A stretch of DNA of 60,715 nucleotides from Girardia tigrina (Eukaryota), in NCBI GenBank assembly GCA_001938485.1, contig MQRK01231964.1:1-60715 (forward strand), written 5' to 3'. Below the pieces are notes generated by a model, which searched no databases, had not been told where the DNA came from, and saw nothing but the letters and a program-made list of their open reading frames with translations. Every line of letters starts with the position of its first letter. Positions within the stretch are counted from its first letter, which is position 1. The position numbers and the translations under genes are program-made. Shown in pieces: positions 13,938-26,690 of the stretch.

Positions 13938-14902
13938 CAGTGAAAGCCACTTAATAGGACCACTGGTTAATAGGACCAGCCGCTTAATAGAACCAAATTC
14001 TGTGGGACCGAATCATTTCCTATGTTTCGAATATTAAAGCAGCAGCTTAATAGGACCAGTAAAAGTCGGTTAATGGGACCACTCATGAAACTGTTTGACC
14101 CTTCAAACAACATGAAAGTCATGAAAAACGTGTTTTTAGCGTAGGGCATACACCCACCCCAATCAACATACACATACACAAGTAACAAAGAAGCAGGTCT
14201 TGACTGAATTTGTATTTACTGTATTTGTTCTTATCTTTTTAGCTGCAGAGAGCACCTGCTACATTTGTAGCACACACACACAGGACACAGCAAGAGGAAA
14301 AGTGTCCTGCAAGCAAACGTACAGTTAGTGGCGGCAGCCCCATACACTTACCATCCCAGCTACGCATGTGTGTGTGTCGCCTTACTCGACATCAATCTTG
14401 CTAGAGCACAATGGGGAGAGTTGCAGACTGGCTGCTGACGAGAGCTGCAGCAAGCTCACACCCTCTTATGAAATCGTCACCACCAACTTCTCTCTTGCTG
14501 GTAGGACGCTTCTTCTCTTGCTGTGTGGGTGTGTGCTGTGTGCTGAGTGAGAGAGGATAGAGCAGATTAGAGTACAAGTTGCCGAATCCTAAGTATGCTG
14601 TACAGTAAAGTAGTACAGAACTGTATCGCCCAATACTGTACATAGTTAAAGCGTTTAACGTACTGTTTATACGAGTGTGTATAGTAGTGTGTACTTCAGA
14701 GCTCTCAAACTGTTTAGACCATCACAATCGGTTTGCAGGTAGTTTTAAACCGATGGCGACATTTAAAAACACGCAAAATGTTGTAGCAACTCGAAAAGTG
14801 TACTTTGTCAAAAAATAACACCACTTCGCTTAATGGGACCAGTCGGTTAATTGGACCAGTTGGGCTTGGGACAAATGTTGTCCTATTAAGCGGCTTACAT
14901 TG
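13938..14902. mobile_element. pogo/Tigger-type non-autonomous element (MITE), relatively GC-rich
   Basis: TA TSD, TIRs CAGTGAAAGCCACTTAATAGGAC / GTCCTATTAAGCGGCTTACATTG, and repeated TTAATRGGACCA subterminal motifs. Confidence 0.85.
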
Positions 14903-16371
14903 TAATACATATTTATATCAATTTAATAAAATAATACGACTTATATAATAACACTTTTTTAATGCTTTAATAGTAATAAACTAGATTAAAATAAGAAAAA
15001 TTATTTTCATTAGACCCGGAAGGATATGAAAGGCTTGAAAGAAATATTTGTGTTGAATTTTTAAAATTCATATGTTGCATTTGGTATTTGGAAATGTTCA
15101 ATGCAGAGAAACTAACAGGTGGAGTAGTCATAGTGCTTGTGTTACGGGTCGTTCTGGACAGATTTTTCTTCAGATATTTTTTACAAAATTAATAAAATTC
15201 AATACTAAAAAATAAATTCAAATTTTTGTTAAAATTAATCAAGTTTGTCTGAAAACAAATTTGCTCGATAAAGTCAATCGAAATTCAAGAAAATTAAATT
15301 CGTACACAAAACAATTTCGTTTCAAAAGTAATTTTGCTTTTAAGAAAGTTAACTCGCCTAAAAAATAAATTTGTTCCAACAACAATCTCAAAAAAATCTT
15401 TCGAAATGAAAATCATTTTTAGAATATTCTTTGAAAAATCAATCAAACTCAAAAGATTCGTTTAACAAAAATCCATAACTCAAAATTTCGTTTGAATAAA
15501 TTAAAAATCCACAAAATTTTCAAAAGATTTTTTGGAGGTTAAAAGTGATTGGTCGACCAATCAAACTATATCCATAAATACGATACTGCAACACACACCA
15601 GCACAGTTTGGTCAATCCAAAGCAAAACAATAATAATAACTAGAACAAAGACATATTTGTTTGAGTGAACAAAATAATCATTCGGATTCACTGTAATTAT
15701 CTTTTTCAAATAAATTTCAAGCACATTATATTGTAAGAAAATCAAATCAACATTCACAAGACTATATATATATATATATATGTTGATAAATAAAATAATG
15801 CTAACTGTAAAATATCATTCTAATTATCTTCTATTAATATTGAATGAAAAAGGTTTTTATGTTTATCTTAATTATTTTCTTTATACGAATGTATATAACG
15901 TATCGTCGTTGCCTTCCTATCTCTTTTTATCAAATCCAAATAGATTGCCATTACTTCTTTTTTTCGTACAACTGGCTATTCTGATATGGGTCGACGCATC
16001 TTTACAATTGCAAATTGATTATAACATATTATGTAGTTAATGATAATATATTATTTTTGATATATTAATAATATAAATTTATAATTATATTGTGTTTTCT
16101 TTAGGTTTCTATATGTAAATAATAAGTAAAATAAACATTGTTAAAATTTGCATTGTAATATCTTCTAGTTGAAGGTTATAAGTGATTGATATTCACAAGC
16201 CAAATTTGAAAATTGTTAGAAATAATTTATTAAATAATTCTTAAATATAATAAAAAAATTATAAATAAATAATATATATATAAGTAAATTATTATTTTTA
16301 CATTATAAAATTAAACATTTTTATTAAAGTAACCTAATTAATTGCTAGCAAAAATTAATTAATAACAATAA

Positions 16372-19300
16372 CACTGTGTAACAATTTTTTCCCGCAAAAC
16401 AATTTCTATGTTCCTTACACAATTTGAGTATGCTGATTACGAATATGATATTAGTTTTTGCACACCATCTAATTATTTGCCGCTATTTAATATTTTCTTT
16501 ATTATCTATTTTTCTGTTTTAGATTAATACGAAATAGACTTCCCTTTTGTTTAAACGTATCAATAACTCATTTGCATTATTAAGTATTTTCAATTACCGA
16601 CCATGACGAGCAAGCGAGCTTGTTAAATCTCTCACGATTCCTTTTGGTATATATGCGGGTATTATATAGCTCCAAAACAACGAAAATATGCATTTTCAAC
16701 TGGTAGCATGTGGTGCGATCCATAAGTTTTTAGACCCGACAAGAAAGCAAAGTCCAATCAACTTTATTTTTTCAGATTCAGTACATGACATCAAAGTAAA
16801 TCATTTCTCAATGTATGAGCCTTGTAAATCAATACACTTGCACCAGTGAGCAACAAGCTCAGAGAACGTATTTTTGTAGAAAATTGACAGGCAAAGAATT
16901 GAGAATATCAAGGACTTTAACCTTAATGACATCAACTGAATGAAAGTGGACACCTTTCAAATGTTTCTTTAGGTGTTTAAACAACGCAAAATCACTTAGG
17001 GATAAGTCAGGGCTATAGGGGGACTGGGAAACCAACTGAAAGTCACAGTCATCCACATAAGTCAATTTGCTCGCGAAGTGTGAATGGGTGCATTGTCTTG
17101 AAGGAGCCACATTGGGATCTCTCTTGGCTTCCTACGAGACTTTCTCACATCGCGAAGTAATTCAACATAATACTCCTTATTCATTGTCAGGCCTTTCTCA
17201 AGGAAATCAATTTTAATAATGTCATGGGAATCTCCGAACACAATCAGCATTGCTGCTCGCTTGTGCGAGGTGCCGCTTCGAAATTTTCTGGGAGCACTTT
17301 CACAGGGCACCACTCAGAAAATTGACGTTTGCTCTCAGGCACATACAAGCTCACAGGGCTTCATATTGTGTAACGATGTTGTTGATGAAGCGATCACCAT
17401 GAGTGCGAAGCAATTCCAAATTGGGAGTGTAACACTGCAAACGTTTGTCCCACCTTTCACCGGATAGGAATCGGGGAACAAAACGTGAACACAGTTTGCG
17501 AACTTCAAATGATTGCAGAATATCATATGTAGAATGGTTGCTGATGGATAGACACTGTGCAAGTTCACGGATGCTTATTCGTCTCTCTTCCGACACGATT
17601 TTCATGCACAAATCACTTTTCCCGGGTAAAATTTCATATGGTCATCCTGATTTCTCGGCATCAAAAACGGATTGTCGGCCATGTTTAAAGTCTCTGATCC
17701 AATTATACAGTGTTGCACGTGATGGGCACTGGTCACCGTAAGCTTCCTGCAACTGCTGCAAAATATCGCAGCTTTTAGTATTGCGCAGGAGCAGAAATTT
17801 TGTCACGCTGCGATATTCGACGTTACTGTCCATGTCTACAATAAAAAGTTAAATAATGGCGGTACGCAGCACTCACACACACAGGTTGGGTTTGGTGAGT
17901 CATACCTGTAACCAATGATATCTCATCTATTTATAATATCAACGGCATATACGTCATAATCTTATTTATCAACGAGTCTAAGGACGTAGGGATCGCATCA
18001 CGTAAATTATGCACTGCTTATGAGGCTTACTTTGGTGTTCCTGTAACTGATCAAGAAAAATCATGGGCGCCACATTTCAGTTGTGATACTTGCCGGTCAA
18101 ATTTAGGAAAATGGCTAAATGATAATCTCAGCAGCTTGCCTTTTGGAATCCCTTGGATATCGAGAGAGTCAAAAAATCACCACGATGATAGCTATTACTG
18201 TATGATAGACATTTCCGAATTTTAAAATGTCAGAGATCGAAAAAGTCTTATTTATCCAAACATCCCATCATCTTTAGCCCCGTGTTCTACTCTAAAGAAT
18301 TACCAGTATTTCAAACACCACCTCTAAAAGCCATCTCTGACTATGAGTTTTCTCATAAAAAAAGATAGTGACGCTGACGTGGATATTGTTGAAAAAAGTC
18401 CAAAGAATGTCCCGCACTTTCCTAATCAACAGGAGCTTGATGACTTAATAAGAGACCTAGAACTTACGAAATCAAATGCTGCTCTACTTACCTCTCGTTT
18501 GAAAGAGTAGAATTTGCTGGATCCAAACTGCAAATCATCAATTTATCGAAAGCGACATGAACGTTTCTCAAAGTTTTATACGATGAAAGACTCGTTGTGC
18601 TACTGCTCAGATATGATTGGGCTTTTTCAAGAAATTGGTTATGAACATCATCCAAGTCACTGGCGGATTTTTATCGACATCTCAAGTAGAAGTCTAAAGA
18701 CTAGATATACAAAGTATTTCTGCTTTCTTTGTCTCTGGGACAGTATGGCTACAGATCACCACTATGCTACAAAAGATTGGTCCCTTAGAGACGCACTTCT
18801 TCCTGGAAAGTACAATATCATACACCCTCCTTTAGTCGAAAAAGAAAAGATCTTGTTGCCGCCATTACATATAAAGCTTAGACTTGCGAAACAATTTGTA
18901 AAAGCTTTAAATCCCAGCGGACGAGCTTTCAAATATATTAGCACAATGTTTTCCAAGTTGTCTGAAGCCAAAGTCCAAGCTGGTGTATTCACGGACCCTC
19001 AATTTAGATTTATATTGACGTCAGAGGACTTGGAAAAGAAGATGACTCCTAAAGAAAGGAATGCCTAGAGAGCCTTTAGGAAAGCTGTGGAAGGATTCTT
19101 GGGAAATAAGAAGAGTGACGAGTACCAACTACTGATCAGTGATTCTCTCAAACACTTCGAAAAACTGGGCTGCAGAATGTCAGTGAAACTTCCTTATTTG
19201 CATTCGCATCTACATTGGTTTCGGGAAAACCTTGGTGACTTTAGCGAGGAACAGGGGGAATGATTCCACCAGGATATGTAAACAATAGAAAAAAGGTACC

Positions 19301-19707
19301 AAGGAGTGTGAGATACAGCAATGATAGGAGATTACCTTTGGTTTTTTATTAGAGACGATAGCACACAACATAAAAGACAGTCTCGTGCAAACCTTCACTT
19401 TTGATTGTTCACACATGACTTTACAATCCACTGTTATCCTATTCTTGTCAGTTTGAGCTTCTTTGCTATTAATATTTTGAACTATAACTTCTTGTGGAAC
19501 ATTTTCTGGTCATTACAACAAATCTGAAACGAAAAAAATTAAAAAATGAGGGTTTTTTTGCTAAATTCCTTTTTTTAAATTCCTAGGTTAATTCGGAGAT
19601 GGAAAAAGAAAACCGATAACAAATTCAAAACCAGCATGCTGAAAAGTATCAAAAAATTCTGAAAACCGTTTACGGGAGAAACTTTCGAAAAATTTTGTTA
19701 CACAGTG
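16372..19707 (+). mobile_element. Chapaev3 (CMC superfamily) DNA transposon with a decayed transposase (about 16603-19404)
   Basis: TIR CACTGTGTAACAA and 3-bp TAA TSD. Protein motifs AYEAYFG..DQEKSWAPHFSC, YTKYFCFLCLWDS, LLPPLHIKL, SEEQGE*FHQD. Confidence 0.9.
16709..18002 (-). mobile_element. mariner (DD34D, irritans-like) nested in the Chapaev3 CDS; transposase pseudogene
   Basis: TIRs (C/T)GTG(A/G)TGCGATCC..TTAGAC.CG. Motifs SRFVPRFL, LLQDNAPIH, PYSPDLSLSDFALF. The Chapaev3 frame rejoins across the insertion. Confidence 0.9.
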
Positions 19708-20279
19708 TAATCTATGAATAAGTGAAATGATTATTAATTAAAGAAAAGAAGCGGAAAATCTGTTTGAATTTCTGTATAATAAATTATTTCTGTATATCGT
19801 AATGAGTATAAATTATTTTGGAAGATAAATGTATTATTCTAGAAAATAAAAAAATATTCTAGAATATAAATTAATTAAACTGGAAGATACTTTTTTGAAT
19901 GATATCATCAGATAAATAAATTAAAACTGAAGATAAATAAATTTACTAAAATCAGCAGATACATTTTGATGTTTTAAATGTTTTTGTTTTAAATTTAAAA
20001 ATTAAAGTTTTAATTTAAAATTAAAAAAGGTAAAAATTTAAATAAAAAAGGTAAAATAAATTATATTATTATTATTGTAAATAGAATTTTAATCAAAAAG
20101 CCATAAATCTAAAAATTTTCAAATTACTGAACCAAGAAAAAACAAATCAAAACAATAAAAAAAGAAGTCAGAAACCTAGAAGAGGAAGATTCAGATGACT
20201 CAAGTGATGATTCCAGTGAAGAAAAATTCATCGAAATCCTAAATCAACCACCAAGATTTCAGAAAGTAGATAGAAATAG

Positions 20280-20480
20280 TGCAAGATCCAACAATTAGCG
20301 TGGAAAAAAACGACAGATAATTCCAAAAAATTATATTTGCAAACTTTTATTACCGCTTGTCTGCTATTGTGAATATACTTCAGTACCACTTAGGAAGCCA
20401 AATATGCCATTGGATCCAAAACAGAAGCGTGGTCGACCAGCATAAATCACTCTTGCTTTGTAAAAAATGCCTATTCATGT
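20280..20480 (+). mobile_element. MULE transposase C-terminal remnant inside an AT-rich inverted-repeat region (about 19712-20731)
   Basis: NYICK..., then MPLDPKQKRGRPA*ITLAL, typical of SWIM-tailed MULEs. Confidence 0.5.
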
Positions 20481-21832
20481 GCCTAGGATATTAATAATTC
20501 TAATAATTCTAAAAAACCTAAAATGTAATTTTATGGATGAAACTTGTTAAAAAAATTAATTTTATTAATTAAAACATCTTTTCTTTTTTTCAATTTATCT
20601 GCTGGTTTAGTTTATTTATATTCTAAATTAATTAATTTTGTATTTTAAATATAGTACTAATTAAATTTAACTTCTGGGATCATTTATTTATATTCTGCAT
20701 TAATTCATTTATCTACTGTTTTATTCATACCCTATCATAATTGTTATTTTTCTGAATGAACTGCAATATCAAACTGGCCATTTCAATTAACGTAACGCAA
20801 TTAACTGCTTGCAAAAAAGGAATTAAAGGGTTAGATAGTAATGATAATTCTACAAATTATAATTGTAATAATAATATTAATAATAATAAAAATAAATGTG
20901 AATAAATTTATATAAAATTAGTAATTTGTCATACAAAAAATAACGGGTTTGTATATAACATCGAACAAATTTTTGTGAATTTTGTTTTAGAGGAGAAACT
21001 AACAAAAAAAACTGTTCGATTCACATGAGGCGCCTATATCGAAGTAGACCCAAAAAGAAAAAAATAAAAATTTGAAAAATTCGTCATGACTCTATCAAAA
21101 TATTATTTGGAATTTTCAAAAATAGAATGTCGAATTTATCTTTGTCTATCGATAAAAATGTTCGAAGAGAATTTATCGGAATTTCTAATCAAAATTAGTG
21201 AAAAATGTCGAAATTTAAAAATTCAAATCAAATTATTGAATTCTAATTTCAATGAAGTGTCAATTAATATGAACGAAGATGTCTCGCAATTCAGTGTCAA
21301 TGATTCTTTTAAAATTGACAATTTACGCACATCGAAATTAATGAATTGATTTGGTAATTGGAACTAAACAGAAATTGTTTTGAATTAGTTTTGATATATA
21401 TTTTGAGAGGTGAATTTTTATTTTGTATGTGTGTAAGTTTTATTTAAAAAAATAAAAATAATAATAATTAAATAAACGAAAAAAAATTAATTATAGAAAA
21501 AAATAATTATCGGAAAAAATTATCGAATAGATTGTAATTGTTTGTTAAATAAGTTTAAAAAATTACGTTTGTTTAAACGCTTCAATGAAATTATGGTTGT
21601 AAATGGTTGATTTTCGATTTACTGCGCAAATGAGTAATCTGTGTTGAGTGGTTTTGTGTGCGATTCGAAGAAAGGTGAAATTTGAAAGAAAAATAAAAGA
21701 ATACATCGGTGTCTTGGTCTTTTAATAAATTTGGCGCGAAATTTTATGTGGTTAAAATTGATATTTGTGTTCGTGATCACAATTGTAAAATTTTGTGGAT
21801 TAATTGAATAAAAAAGTTTTGAGGCGTATTTT

Positions 21833-22387
21833 TTAAATCCAACAACAATAAAATTATTAATGAATACTGAAACCGAATTGAAATACGGAATCGTAAATTC
21901 CAAAGGTTCATGGCACAATAAATACAATGAGATTTATTGTTCTACTTTGGAGGATTGAAATACGAATATTCCGAGGGTGATATCCCTTGTGTTTTCTTAA
22001 TATGGAGAAATCGTCAATTTGAATCTCAATTGCGACCAACGCACCGCTCGATCGAAGGGATTTTGTTTCATTTGCTATGAAGATCAAAGAAGCAGTCGGA
22101 CATTGGGAGTCGATCATGTCGAAGATTACAGACTATGGGCTCATGATAAAGACGCGAAAGACGTCTTGAAGAAGTTCATCTATGAGCACGGATGCGGACC
22201 GGAATACGATGAAATTTTAAAACAATTACAAATCGAATTGGATGAAATCAAAAGGCGATTGTATTTGGAGGTCGATGAGTTCGAATTGAAGAAGAAAGAG
22301 CTGGGTGAGCTTCGATCTATTTCCCCCTGTGTCCCGCAGTCCAACCCCCAACCTTGGGACACCGCCACCGCGCTGCACCTGCTCTAA
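21833..22387 (+). pseudogene. RBMX2: RBMX2/Snu17(Ist3)-like RRM protein pseudogene, intronless
   Basis: NP..IKL..ETELKYG..KGSWH..Y, GGL.YEYSEGDI.CVFS*YGEIVNLNL..D..T.RSKGFCFICYEDQRS, RTLGVDHVEDYR, GCGP. Contains a stop, a frameshift and an internal deletion. Confidence 0.88.
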
Positions 22388-22399
22388 CACCAACAGAAA

Positions 22400-23100
22400 C
22401 TATTGATAAATTAATTGACAAAAATCGTAATACTAAAATTACAAATGTTTTAAATCAAGATCAATCTTGCAACACTATTAATAAATGTTTAGAAATTGGA
22501 TATTTTCTGATAGTACAATATTCAGAGCGGTTTAAAATATTAAAAATTCTATTCTGAAATCGTTAAATAATGCGATAAGTATAAAAGTAATATCCTGTAC
22601 AAAAAATTGACAGCATGTTCGGCTATAAATCTCCAACACCGTTAGGATTGTGTTCGGATCTCATTTATCAATATATGCGTAATAGTTGTAACGCTACATG
22701 CACAGGAAAGACTTCACGTCATCTCTGTAAGAGAATCTAGGAACACATTTGTAATGAACGTGGAAGTAACATTGCCGGACATAGAAGGCAAAGTAAAGGA
22801 GATATAAATTCACCATACTTTAAAATTCTGTTAATTAAATTTAAGAATTATTGGGAGAGAGTGACATGTGAAGCGTTATATATAAAAACCTCAGATCCTA
22901 AAATTAATGTTCAAACTGCATTCTCTACAACTTTGTTGAGGGTTTTTTTAATGAAGTACTGATGACAAATTGATTACATAATCACTAACTATACTACAAA
23001 AGCTGCTTTTGTTTTTAAAAAGATCATTTGTTCTGACGATGACGGTTACATCACCGAAATTAATAACATTTAATTAGTTACAATTTTTATAAAGAAATAA
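22400..23100 (+). mobile_element. Penelope-like element 3' part (GIY-YIG), decayed
   Basis: LCSDLIYQY...SCNAT.TGKTSRHL.KRI*EH, then YWERVTCEALYIKTSDPKINVQ, with a hammerhead downstream. Confidence 0.85.
23028..23070 (+). ncRNA. Minimal hammerhead ribozyme motif (partly decayed stem II)
   Basis: CTGACGA T GACGG TTACA TCACC GAAA TTAA TA ACA. Confidence 0.6.
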
Positions 23101-23655
23101 TAATAACAAAATTAATAATAATAATTAAACTAATAATGGTAAAAAAATAAAATAATTGAAACTAAAACTACTCATAAAACCAAATTGAAAAAAGTAGTAT
23201 AAATGACTTGAGTGACGCCAGAAAGCATTCGTCATGTATGTCTTTTGTAAAATTGCTGATTGAAAAATTGAAGTACAAAAGAAGAATAAAATTTTATTTC
23301 TGGGTGCAACAAGTTTGCCTACGCTTCTCTGAATGCATTCTTCAAACAAGACTTGCTTAACTGTAAACCACATAATTTAAACAAACAATTCAATTACTGA
23401 CATTTATGTATGTATAGTTTCATAATTTGTAGACAACAAACAATTACTTTTTTAAAATTTTATTTATATATCTAAAAATATTTCAATTTCAATGAGTATT
23501 AAAACTATTATTTATTGAAATGTGTCTTGGCATTATGTTGATTCTTTTATTTTATTCAAACAGTCTTCTTTCCTTTATTTTATTGTTTTCTTCTCTCTTT
23601 TTCTTATTTAATTCGTTTTATTAACTTACTTTCTGTGTATATATATATATATATA

Positions 23656-24850
23656 TATTATTGAGTCTTGTGAACGCAAGTTTAGTATTTCGAAAATATA
23701 ATTTGATTAAAGCTTTTTTAATACAACTATTGGACATGTTTCGATTTTTAAAAANNNNNNNNNNNNNNNNNNNNNNNNNNNNNNNNNNNNNNNNNNNNNN
23801 NNNNNNNNNNNNNNNNNNNNNNNNNNNNNNNNNNNNNNNNNNNNNNNNNNNNNNNNNNNNNNNNNNNNNNNNNNNNNNNNNNNNNNNNNNNNNNNNNNNN
23901 NNNNNNNNNNNNNNNNNNNNNNNNNNNNNNNNNNNNNNNNNNNNNNNNNNNNNNNNNNNNNNNNNNNNNNNNNNNNNNNNNNNNNNNNNNNNNNNNNNNN
24001 NNNNNNNNNNNNNNNNNNNNNNNNNNNNNNNNNNNNNNNNNNNNNNNNNNNNNNNNNNNNNNNNNNNNNNNNNNNNNNNNNNNNNNNNNNNNNNNNNNNN
24101 NNNNNNNNNNNNNNNNNNNNNNNNNNNNNNNNNNNNNNNNNNNNNNNNNNNNNNNNNNNNNNNNNNNNNNNNNNNNNNNNNNNNNNNNNNNNNNNNNNNN
24201 NNNNNNNNNNNNNNNNNNNNNNNNNNNNNNNNNNNNNNNNNNNNNNNNNNNNNNNNNNNNNNNNNNNNNNNNNNNNNNNNNNNNNNNNNNNNNNNNNNNN
24301 NNNNNNNNNNNNNNNNNNNNNNNNNNNNNNNNNNNNNNNNNNNNNNNNNNNNNNNNNNNNNNNNNNNNNNNNNNNNNNNNNNNNNNNNNNNNNNNNNNNN
24401 NNNNNNNNNNNNNNNNNNNNNNNNNNNNNNNNNNNNNNNNNNNNNNNNNNNNNNNNNNNNNNNNNNNNNNNNNNNNNNNNNNNNNNNNNNNNNNNNNNNN
24501 NNNNNNNNNNNNNNNNNNNNNNNNNNNNNNNNNNNNNNNNNNNNNNNNNNNNNNNNNNNNNNNNNNNNNNNNNNNNNNNNNNNNNNNNNNNNNNNNNNNN
24601 NNNNNNNNNNNNNNNNNNNNNNNNNNNNNNNNNNNNNNNNNNNNNNNNNNNNNNNNNNNNNNNNNNNNNNNNNNNNNNNNNNNNNNNNNNNNNNNNNNNN
24701 NNNNNNNNNNNNNNNNNNNNNNNNNNNNAACCCATTGCGACACCGTCTTCCTGCATGTACCATTCATCATTAAAAAGGAAAGGTACATTTTTGGCACAAA
24801 ATTTTAGTAGTTCTTTCAGTGCCTGCTTGTTCATTAATTCATTCACACAC
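23656..24850 (-). mobile_element. Penelope-like element (RT fragment, gap, 3' tail with partial hammerhead)
   Basis: LKELLKFCAKNVPFLFNDEWYMQEDGVAMG is the PLE RT motif. The 3' tail is near-identical to 25835-25920 and contains GAAACATGTCCAAT. Confidence 0.85.
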
Positions 24851-24859
24851 TAAATTCCA

Positions 24860-25115
24860 TGTGTGTGTGTGTATCCATGGAATTTAGAAACCTGTTTTTG
24901 AAGGCCTTCTACTCAATCGATTTTTTTCAAACTTTGCATACTCATTCTCGATGACAATAAATGATAATGTCAAAATTTTATCGAAAAAATATTTTTAAGA
25001 TCCCAAAATGGGAAAACGGAATTCGGAGTTATCGAAAAATATTAATTGCAAGATATCTATTTATAAATTATAAGTAGTTTATATTAATTTTTAATGTTTT
25101 TTTAATTGGAATTTT
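24860..25115 (+). mobile_element. DINE/HINE (Helentron-associated)-like interspersed repeat
   Basis: (GT)n head followed by TACTCAATCGATTTTTTTCAAACTTTGCA. Homologous copies at 2330-2415, 33342-33691 and 35300-35507, the last ending in CTAGT. Confidence 0.55.
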
Positions 25116-25199
25116 TTAAATTTTTTAGTTAGTGTGCTTTAGAGCCACTGAAATTGGGAATTGAAGTGAAAGTGAAGAATTCCATGAAGATTTCATTAC

Positions 25200-25700
25200 T
25201 TCCATGGAACAGAGTGATTTCAGATTAGCCAGGATGATAAGACAAGGATGTGTAATGAGGTCCCATTCTTTAAATTAGTCTTTGATGAAGTCAATCAATC
25301 TGCACAGTAAGGTTTTACATATGGGATAACATGGAAAAATGACAGTAATTATGAAATTCAAATAAACAGATTAACATATGTTGACGATATCATCGATTCT
25401 GATATTAATTGTGTGATAGAAATCAAGATGTATATATAGACACACATTTTCCGAAAATGGATGAAAAATCAACTCTGCCAATACGAAAGTCATGTGCCTT
25501 TCTGATGCTTTGGTGATGCAAATATCGCAAATAAGGTGTGAAGAGATCATCATAGAATGAGTGAAACAATTTGTTTATCTAAGTCGTTCATGCATCAAAA
25601 GTGGAAGTTGTGATCGAAATATTATTCAGTGAATACTATACCTATTTTTAAAAAAGTGAGCCAATTTGATTAATACTACAAGCGATCTCATGGCTGTAGA
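25200..25700 (+). mobile_element. Highly decayed RTE/L2-type LINE reverse transcriptase remnant
   Basis: IRQGCV, LTYVDDI (YADD motif), VKQFVYL..., G.C..NI. Confidence 0.65.
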
Positions 25701-25834
25701 AATATGTAAACCACATTCAAAAATGCGAAATGAGTGAATCTGAAGAGTCGAGTAACCTATATTCCATTAGGTAACTAAAAACCATCATATGCATTTTAAA
25801 AAATAATATTTCAGTTTTATATATGTATATATAT

Positions 25835-26690
25835 ATTATTGAGTCTTGTGAACGCAAGTTTAATATTTTGAAAATATAATTTGATTAAAGCTTTTTTTAT
25901 TTAATTATTGGACATGTTTCAATGTTTATATACATCATCATCAGCAATTTTCGGATATTTAGTATATGAATATTGAATTGTTGGAATAATACAATTTTAA
26001 TAGATACATTTACTTTAAAAGTTATATTACGAATTAAATAGTATTATTTATTAAAGTATTATTGGGTAATAATTGCAAAAATATTTTAATTAAAAATTTT
26101 AAGTATTGAAATAACCTTACTTTGCCCATTCTGAATGTTATTTGATGGGTTGTGGTGTCTTATTAGTAGAGATTCACAAAACTGTCGTTCGTAATGNNNN
26201 NNNNNNNNNNNNNNNNNNNNNNNNNNNNNNNNNNNNNNNNNNNNNNNNNNNNNNNNNNNNNNNNNNNNNNNNNNNNNNNNNNNNNNNNNNNNNNNNNATC
26301 GACTCATTTGCGAGTGCTCGCTAATCCGGGTTTTGAGATGACGATTTGTCTCTCCGATGTACGAGTTTTGACACCCGTCACAATTAAATTTATATACCAG
26401 ATTAGCTTGCAAATCATAAACTGTTTTCGATTTGTTTAAGAGGAAACTTTCCAACTTTGGATGTGACAGAGACTACTTTAGCACTACTTATACTCTTCTT
26501 AAACGCTCTAAATCCTTCAGAATATGGTATTTTAATGATTTGTTTGTATTCTTCAGTATTCTCTTCTTTTAATTGTTTCTTAACTCGTACATCTGTACAT
26601 AATTTGTCTAATGTTATCCTAATGTTGTGTTCTATTTGCTTGTTTGTATACATATTGTCCCTCAAGCGCCTTCTAAGAATATTTATATAA
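25835..26690 (-). mobile_element. Penelope-like element 3' part (linker + GIY-YIG + 3' tail)
   Basis: IKIPYSE, NLVYKFNCDGCQNSYIGETNRHLKTRISEH, ESLLIRHHNPSNN. Confidence 0.92.
25907..25948 (-). ncRNA. Minimal type I hammerhead ribozyme with canonical GUC cleavage triplet
   Basis: ATTG CTGATGA T GATGT ATATAA ACATT GAAA CATG TC CAAT. Confidence 0.82.

Noticed and set aside
19701-19707. CACAGTG RSS heptamer suggesting Transib/RAG
   Set aside because: The terminus reads CACTGTG inward, the TSD is 3 bp and the protein is Chapaev3.
23621-24846. Several 350-380 aa ORFs
   Set aside because: They are made of N runs. Only the Penelope RT peptide is real.
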